A stretch of 64,000 nucleotides of DNA, from assembly GCA_965250285.1 (NCBI GenBank), contig OZ252299.1, forward strand, positions 544,001-608,000, in the 5' to 3' direction. Source of the stretch: Myxococcota bacterium. GTDB lineage: Bacteria; Myxococcota_A; UBA9160; UBA4427. Position 1 is the stretch's first letter, and each line of letters starts with the position of its first letter. Below the pieces are notes generated by a model. The model saw only the letters and a list, made by a program, of their open reading frames with translations, searched no databases and had not been told where the DNA came from. Below are positions 38,852-45,134 of the stretch, piece by piece. The position numbers and the translations under genes are program-made.

Positions 38852-39009
38852 AGATCGGTGTGTCGTTCCCCGTGCGCGAGCTGCGCGACGATCTCGGCGC
38901 GATTCGCGCCTTCGCGCGGGCGGCCGGGCCGTGAAGATCGGCGTGTCGCTCCCCGTGCGCGAGCTGCGCGACGATCTCGGCGCGATTCGCGCCTTCGCGC
39001 AGGCGGCCG
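38828..39009 (+). repeat. 83-bp tandem duplication (2 copies plus terminal microhomology)
   Basis: Units begin at 38828, 38911 and 38994 (TTCGCGC(G/A)GGCGGCC); the two full copies differ at 3 positions. Confidence 0.95.
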
Positions 39010-39824
39010 AGGCGCTCGGCTTCACCCACCTGCGCGTCCCCGAACAGATCGCACGAGCCGACTCTGGGCACCTTCACGAGCCCTTGACGCTGCTCGCCTG
39101 GGTCGCCGGCGTGACCGAGTCGATCGAGCTCGTGCCTTCGGTGCTCGCACTGCCCGCGCGGCAGACGCTGCTCGTCGCGAAGCAGGCGGCCGAGATCGAC
39201 ATCCTCTCGGGCGGTCGACTGCGTCTCGGCGTGGGGCTCGGCTCGAGTCGGCGCGAGTACGGCTCGCTCGGCCAGGATTTCGCCACGCGAGGCCGGCGAT
39301 GCACCGAGCAGATGCAGCTGCTTCGACGTCTCTGGACCGAACGCGAGGTCGACTTCGAGGGAGAGTTCGATCGGGTGAGCCGCAACGGCATCGATCCGCT
39401 GCCGATCCAGCGCCCGATCCCGATGTGGATCGGCGGCGCGAGCGTGCCGAGCGCGCCGGTCATCGAGCGCATCGGCCGCCATGCCGACGGATGGTTCGCG
39501 ATCTGCGCGCCCGACGACTTCGCGGATCTCCGCGCGCGGATCGACGACGTCGCGCGAGCGGCCGGCCGCGATCCGGCACAGATCGGCGCCGAGAGCGGCG
39601 TCGGCATTCAGGGGCGCAGCGACGCGGAGTGGCTCGATCTGGTCGAAGCGCGCCGCGCCACGGGCGTGACGCATCTGTGTATGCGGACGCTCGGTGCCGA
39701 CCTCGACGGCGGTGCACACCTGGCTGCGCTCGCGCACGTACACAGGCGCCTCGAAGAAGCCGGTTTCTCGCTGGATCGGGTCGAGGAGAGGCCCGCCGTG
39801 GGTGAGCCCGGGGAGCGTGGCTGA
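38931..39824 (+). CDS. luciferase-like monooxygenase (LLM) class, probable F420-dependent oxidoreductase
   Basis: MKIGVSLP...AEALGF, HEPLTLL, LPARQTLLVAKQAAEIDILSGGRLRLGVG, PIPMWIGG. Confidence 0.88.
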   Translation: MKIGVSLPVRELRDDLGAIRAFAQAAEALGFTHLRVPEQIARADSGHLHEPLTLLAWVAGVTESIELVPSVLALPARQTLLVAKQAAEIDILSGGRLRLGVGLGSSRREYGSLGQDFATRGRRCTEQMQLLRRLWTEREVDFEGEFDRVSRNGIDPLPIQRPIPMWIGGASVPSAPVIERIGRHADGWFAICAPDDFADLRARIDDVARAAGRDPAQIGAESGVGIQGRSDAEWLDLVEARRATGVTHLCMRTLGADLDGGAHLAALAHVHRRLEEAGFSLDRVEERPAVGEPGERG

Positions 39825-39830
39825 GGGGGT

Positions 39831-39878
39831 GGAGAGCACAGCGGATGGGACCGGATCCGCTCTCGGGTCGTGCTCTCC
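39831..39878. terminator. stem-loop between convergent genes (possible terminator)
   Basis: GGAGAGCAC/GTGCTCTCC (9 bp) stacked on AGCGGAT/ATCCGCT (7 bp); no U-tract. Confidence 0.45.
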
Positions 39879-39933
39879 TGCCACGCTCGACCCGGGTCAC
39901 CCATGACGGGTGGGGGGACGGGCGGGGGGCCGA

Positions 39934-40299
39934 TCAGACGCCGTAGGTTTCTTTCGCCCAGGCGTCGAGGGCTTCGTTCATCAAGGTCAGACTCTGGCCG
40001 AGTCCGTCGAGCTCGTCGTCGAGTACGGCAATCTCGCGTTCGAACTCGATCAGGGCGCGCATGCGGCGGCGACGCCCGGACTCGGTCAGAGCCTGACCAC
40101 GTCGCGCTCCTGTCTGCGCGACGAGATCGTTCTCGACGAATTGGCGAGCGAGTTCGTCGGCGCTGCGCTGAAGCCGGTTGCGTTCGGCTCGCAGCTGGTT
40201 GATGCGCCGGGCTACGCGGTCGTAGCGTCCCTCGGCCTCGGCCGAGGTGGGGTCGAAGCGACGGTCCAGTGAAATGATCTCTGCGTTCATTGCACTCAT
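39934..40299 (-). CDS. hypothetical coiled-coil protein (121 aa)
   Basis: GGAGG RBS before ATG 40299; heptad-like charged sequence. Confidence 0.7.
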   Translation of the reverse strand: MSAMNAEIISLDRRFDPTSAEAEGRYDRVARRINQLRAERNRLQRSADELARQFVENDLVAQTGARRGQALTESGRRRRMRALIEFEREIAVLDDELDGLGQSLTLMNEALDAWAKETYGV

Positions 40300-40515
40300 C
40301 TCGATTCCCTCCGTGTCCCTCGCCGACTCGATCGCGCCGCGTTCATCGTCTTGCTCCCTCGGGCGCTGGGCTGTCGGCGACTCGCTCTGCTCGTCTTTCT
40401 CGTCGTGGGTCTTCGTCGTACTTCGACGGCCGACCGAACGATCTGGTTCACCTGTTGGCTGTGTTGCCTGCGTTGGCCTGTGTCTTCCTGGGTGATCCAT
40501 CTGGGTATTCCATAG

Positions 40516-40531
40516 AGCAAGCGGCGTGCCA
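40516..40531 (-). promoter_or_regulatory. sigma54 (-24/-12) promoter
   Basis: Minus strand TGGCACGCCGCTTGCT equals consensus TGGCACGNNNNTTGCW. Confidence 0.8.
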
Positions 40532-40711
40532 TTCGTCGGAGGTGTTCTCACTCGTTTAGTTGCCGCCAGCGCCGAATACGTGGCGCGCGAATGGTGCTTT
40601 TGAGTGGCCGTCGGTGGAAAACGTCCACTTGACGATTCATCCACTTCGAAGCGTGAGGATGCACCCGCGGAGGTTTCTCCCCCGCATCGATTCGGCCGAG
40701 GGGACGCGCCC

Positions 40712-40779
40712 ATGAACGCACGTTCTGGAACGTGCGTTCATCACAACCGGGACGATGCGCCTCGTCGAACGCGCGTTCA
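40712..40779. promoter_or_regulatory. three GAAC-N4-GTTC palindromes, two forming a perfect 14-bp inverted repeat
   Basis: ATGAACGCACGTTC-tg-GAACGTGCGTTCAT (40712-40741) and CGAACGCGCGTTCA (40766-40779). Confidence 0.65.
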
Positions 40780-40855
40780 CAGTTCGGCGGAACGAAACGC
40801 CGAGTCACGTTCGGTCGCATGAAGTTGATGCTGCGTCAGCTCGCGTGTTCGTCTT

Positions 40856-41872
40856 CTACGCCGTGCATACGAAGTCGATGCCGTCTCGGTAACGCGCTCG
40901 TTGCAGCCATTCGCGAATGCGCGCGCGCGGCTCGGCGCCCGCGACAGCGACCACGATCCGAGGTCGAGAGAGCTTCTGGAGGCCTTCTGGGGCCATCACG
41001 GGCGCGCCGTGGATCTCGCGGCCGATGCGTCGCGGGTGCAGCTCGACGATGTGCGAAGGCGCGAGATCGTGTGCGAGCAGCGCCTTCCGCATCGACCGCG
41101 CCGTCGGTCCATAGCCCCAGAGCACGTAGCTCGACGCACCGTCGAGGAACGACGCCGCGAGATGCGCCGCCTTGCACGCGGTAAAGCGAGTGAGCGCGTA
41201 GCTCGCATGCGTGCGCGAGAGTCGTTCGGGATGGTCGCGCCAGCCGAGCAGCCGTTCGGGCACGACGGCGACCCGCTCCCCTCCGGTCACGAGCCGCAGC
41301 AAGAGGTCGAAGTCTTCGGGCCAGCCGGCTTCGCGGTAGCCGAAGCGCGACAGCGCTTCGCGTCGAATGGCGAGGGTCGGGTGTGCGACGGGGCACTCGA
41401 CGAAGACGTCCCGCGCCACCGACTCGGCCGACGACAGCGAGTTGAGCCAACGCTCGTAGCTGCGGCGACCGTCGGTCAGCTTCGTTCGTGGGAAGATGCG
41501 GACGTGGGATCCGACCGCCGCGAGACCCGGATCGGACGCGAGCACCTCGAGCTGTCGAGCGAGGCGGCGACGATGCATCCAGTCGTCGGCGTCCATCCGC
41601 GCGACCACCGGCGCGCGGCAAGCCGCGCGACCCCGTTCGAGCGCGGCGACCAGGCCCCGCCCTTCGCCTCGGATCACCCGGATGCGCCCGTCTCGCTCCG
41701 CTGCGCGCGCGAGCATCGCCGGCGTCGCGTCGCTCGACGCGTCGTCCACGGCGATGCACTCCCAGCCGGGCTCGGTCTGTCGAGCCAGGCTCGCGAGGCA
41801 CGTGCCGAGCGTCTTCTCGGCGTTGCGAGCGGGCAGCAGGACCGAGACGCGGGGGGTCGCCGGGGCGCTCAC
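40856..41872 (-). CDS. glycosyltransferase family 2
   Basis: VSVLLPARN, VDDASSD, ARMDADD (DXD), PEDFDL; GTG 41872 chosen. Confidence 0.9.
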   Translation of the reverse strand: MSAPATPRVSVLLPARNAEKTLGTCLASLARQTEPGWECIAVDDASSDATPAMLARAAERDGRIRVIRGEGRGLVAALERGRAACRAPVVARMDADDWMHRRRLARQLEVLASDPGLAAVGSHVRIFPRTKLTDGRRSYERWLNSLSSAESVARDVFVECPVAHPTLAIRREALSRFGYREAGWPEDFDLLLRLVTGGERVAVVPERLLGWRDHPERLSRTHASYALTRFTACKAAHLAASFLDGASSYVLWGYGPTARSMRKALLAHDLAPSHIVELHPRRIGREIHGAPVMAPEGLQKLSRPRIVVAVAGAEPRARIREWLQRARYRDGIDFVCTA

Positions 41873-42119
41873 CGCTTCGACCTCGGTCGGCGGGGCGCGG
41901 ACGGGGGCGTGGGCAGAGGCGTGCGCGGAGGTGCGGGCTCGGGGTGCGGGCGCGTCACCGGGGTGTGTCCTCCTTTCGGGCCGAGCGTGGTTTGGATTCG
42001 AGTCCAATCGACGCCCCGTTGCACATGGAGCAGATCACGAAGATGTGTCACAGGCCTTGGCTCGGCCCCCGTTGGCTCCTTAGTATACGAAGCGGCCTCG
42101 GGCCGAAGGAGTCGAAGCG

Positions 42120-42707
42120 CTGGACATCGAGCTCGAACAGATCGCCGAACGCGTGCGGCGCTTTCGGACCGACGACGGGCTCACGCTGCAGGATCTCGGC
42201 GAGCGCGCCGGCGTGTCCGCGAGCACGATCCACAAGATCGAGAACGGCCAGACGATCCCGACCATCTCGGTGCTCCTCAAGGTCGCCAGTGGTCTGCGTC
42301 GACCGCCGGCCGAGCTGTTCGAGGGAGCGGCGCCGCAGGCGGCTGCGCGCCGCGTGCGTGCCGACGACGCCATCTCGTTCGATGTTCGCAAGGGCACGCG
42401 GGTCGACCGCATCACCGGCGGCATCCCGCGCGCACGCATCGACCTGTGGCGCGTGATTCACGAGCCCGGGGGTGGGGCCGGCGACGAGCGACCGCTCAGC
42501 TACGACGGCGAGCTCGTCATCCTCGTCGAGCACGGCACCCTCGAAGTCGAGGTCGGGGAAGAGCGCTTCGAGCTCGAAGCGGGCGACACCCTCCACTTCG
42601 ACACGAGCCAACCCCACCGGTGGCGCAACGCGGGCGGAGCGCCGACGAGCGCGCTCTTCTTCGGCACGTCGACGAGCCGGTCGGTGGCTGCGCAGGCGGC
42701 GCCCTAG
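42120..42707 (+). CDS. XRE-family HTH regulator with cupin domain (probable CTG start)
   Basis: LTLQDLGERAGVSASTIHKIENG HTH; LEAGDTLHFD..PHRWRN cupin; AAGGAG RBS 8 nt before CTG 42120. Confidence 0.85.
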   Translation: MDIELEQIAERVRRFRTDDGLTLQDLGERAGVSASTIHKIENGQTIPTISVLLKVASGLRRPPAELFEGAAPQAAARRVRADDAISFDVRKGTRVDRITGGIPRARIDLWRVIHEPGGGAGDERPLSYDGELVILVEHGTLEVEVGEERFELEAGDTLHFDTSQPHRWRNAGGAPTSALFFGTSTSRSVAAQAAP

Positions 42708-42720
42708 CGCGACGGCCTCG

Positions 42721-44760
42721 TCAGTCTGCGTAGATGGGGCTCGACCAGGCCGCCTGGCCATCGCGCTGAACCACCCGCACGTAGTGGTACTCGCCGCGAC
42801 CGAGCCGCGGCAGCTCGCGCTCGTGGGTGACCTCGAGCTGGTCGGGCTCGACCGGGATCGTGGCCACGCGACCGCTGCGGACGAGGTCGATGCGCTCGAT
42901 CGGCGCCGTGCCCGCGACCTCGACCCGCAGACGCTGCAGGGGCGCGGCATCATCGCCAGCGGCTGGCAGCACCGTGCCCATGGGCTGCCCGTCGATCTCG
43001 ACGTGGAGCCAGATGCGGTGGCCGTTCGTCGCATAGGTGCGTCGTGCGCGCAGCGCGTCCTGCACTCCGGCGCGGGTCTTTTCTTCTGTGAGCAGCGCGG
43101 CGAGCCCGCCGCTGCCGCCGGGAGAGGCGAGGTGCGTGAGGCCGGGATGCCCGTCGTGGCTGTCGCCGCTGCCGATGAACCCGAAGCGGATCCCCGCCTG
43201 CAGCACGTCGCGCACCGTGTTGCCGTTCACCGGCGAGTAGATGCGGCCCGGCGTGTCGGCCGCTTCGCTGCTGCCGTGGACCGATACCACCTCGGTCACG
43301 GGCTCGAGCACGGGGTCGGCGCCGTAGGCCCAGTTGGTGCTGACGGGGCCGCCCGCCGAGTGATGCGCGAAGGTCATCGCGGGCAGGCCCCGCAGGCCGT
43401 CCCACAGCTGGGCGGGCGAGGTGTAGGCGGGATCCATGCTCGACAGCACCGGGCCGTCGTCGTCGAAGTAGAGCACGTGCCGGTGGCCGTGCAGCCAGCT
43501 CGTCCACTCGTAGCCGAGCACGGTCACGAACTCGCCCGGGTCGTGGTGCGCAGCGACCGTGCGCTTGATCTCGTCCCACATGTCGGGGTGCTCATCGAGG
43601 AAGCGCAGGCCCCAGTGGTCGTGGTCGGTCAGCGCCGCCACGTCGAGCCGTGCGACGTCGCGCGCGTACGCGAAGTAGTCGTCGGGCGTGCCGGTGCCAT
43701 CGGAGAGCTGGGAGTGGCCGTGCAGATCGGCCCAACGCACCCGCGGCGTCGTCGGGTGGATGATGATCGGGTTTGAGACCCCGCCGATCCCGTCCAGCTC
43801 GGCTCCGCCCGTCACGGTCACCCGCAAGACGCCCGCCGTCTCGGGCGCGACGAGAGCGACCTGCGCGCCCGCCGACTCGCCGGCGGCGATGGTCGTTCGG
43901 GCTGGGAGCCCTTCGAGATCGGGCGGCGACGCGTCGCTGGCCCGGGCAAGCGACCACGAGAGCGCCCCCGGACCGGTCAGACCCGCATTGCCGATCGCGT
44001 CGACGACGTGCGCGTGCGCTTCGAACGGCTCGCCGGGCCGCACGACGGTGGGCGCCGTCACCACGATGCGGGCGGGGGGGCCCGGTCCCACGTCGACCCG
44101 CGCGCCGATCGGCACGAGCTTTCGGAAGCCGTCGCCATCCCCGTCGACCGCGACGGAGATCTCGGCGCCGCGTTCGCGGTAGCGATCGACGAGCGCCCCC
44201 GCCGGTCCGGCGCCGTAGACGAAGTCGATGGCCTCGCCTTCTTCGAGGGCGCGACCGCGGATCGTGACTGCGATGACCGACTCGAAGGTCTGGGTGTCGA
44301 GCTCGACGCCCTCGGCGTCGGTGGAGACCTCGGTGTAGCCCGAGCGGGTCGGGGCGAACGTGTGCGGAGGCGACCAGTCCCAGAAGGGCGAGGGCTGCAG
44401 GAACACCATGCCGCCCTCGGCCACGCCGAGGGGGCCGGCGACGTATCGCAGCTCGAAGCGCGCGGGCCGTCCGGCCGTGATCGCCCCGGGGCCGTCGAGC
44501 GAGATGGCGCTCGCGAGCTCGACGCGACCGCCGCCGTCGGACGGGTCAGGCACCTGCGCGAGGCCGTCGCGAAGCATCTCGAAGGTGCCGACCTTCGCAT
44601 CGGCCGAGAGGATGTCGTCGGGCCGAAAGCGCGGCGCAGTGTCAGCGAGCCCGGAAGGCTCTGGGCGTGCTGCGTCGGTCGCTTCGCGGCCGGGCGGGTC
44701 GACCGGGTCGGAGCACCCGGCGACCGACGCGAGGCACGCGGCGATCGCCAGCCCGCGCAT
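42721..44760 (-). CDS. lipoprotein PHP-domain metallohydrolase (CehA/McbA/DUF3604-like); alternative start 44811
   Basis: Lipobox VAGC; WADLHGHSQLSDG, LTDHD, GYEWT..GHRH, GSGDSHDGHPG, AWSSPI. Confidence 0.82.
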   Translation of the reverse strand: MRGLAIAACLASVAGCSDPVDPPGREATDAARPEPSGLADTAPRFRPDDILSADAKVGTFEMLRDGLAQVPDPSDGGGRVELASAISLDGPGAITAGRPARFELRYVAGPLGVAEGGMVFLQPSPFWDWSPPHTFAPTRSGYTEVSTDAEGVELDTQTFESVIAVTIRGRALEEGEAIDFVYGAGPAGALVDRYRERGAEISVAVDGDGDGFRKLVPIGARVDVGPGPPARIVVTAPTVVRPGEPFEAHAHVVDAIGNAGLTGPGALSWSLARASDASPPDLEGLPARTTIAAGESAGAQVALVAPETAGVLRVTVTGGAELDGIGGVSNPIIIHPTTPRVRWADLHGHSQLSDGTGTPDDYFAYARDVARLDVAALTDHDHWGLRFLDEHPDMWDEIKRTVAAHHDPGEFVTVLGYEWTSWLHGHRHVLYFDDDGPVLSSMDPAYTSPAQLWDGLRGLPAMTFAHHSAGGPVSTNWAYGADPVLEPVTEVVSVHGSSEAADTPGRIYSPVNGNTVRDVLQAGIRFGFIGSGDSHDGHPGLTHLASPGGSGGLAALLTEEKTRAGVQDALRARRTYATNGHRIWLHVEIDGQPMGTVLPAAGDDAAPLQRLRVEVAGTAPIERIDLVRSGRVATIPVEPDQLEVTHERELPRLGRGEYHYVRVVQRDGQAAWSSPIYAD

Positions 44761-45134
44761 GCTTCGCGCAGCGGCGCGGGCGACGAGGCTTTGAACGGGC
44801 GCGCGCGACATCCGCGCGAGGGGTAGCACATATCCCCCGAGGGAATCCCGCGCACGCCCTGCGCGAGGCCGCCGAGCGCCGCCCGACCCCGAATCCACTT
44901 CAGCCACGGGTGCTTTCTTCCGTTGTTTCCCAGGCGTGCAGTCGCGTTGCGGGGCCTGCTCGACTCGCCGTCGATCGACGGGACGACCACGGCAGGCGAC
45001 CCGCTGGCTGCCGGTGTCGTCGTGACACAGGGCCCACTTCGGGACCGGCGCGGCGGTGGGGATCGGGTGCGCGGACGAGCGCAGCGCCTCGCAAGCGGCG
45101 AGGGGCTCGGCTCGTGTCGAGGGGTGCGGAACAA

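Noticed and set aside
40712..40779. Firm assignment as LexA/SOS boxes
   Set aside because: The boxes do not overlap the identified promoter and I saw none at the recCBD promoter; kept only as an alternative
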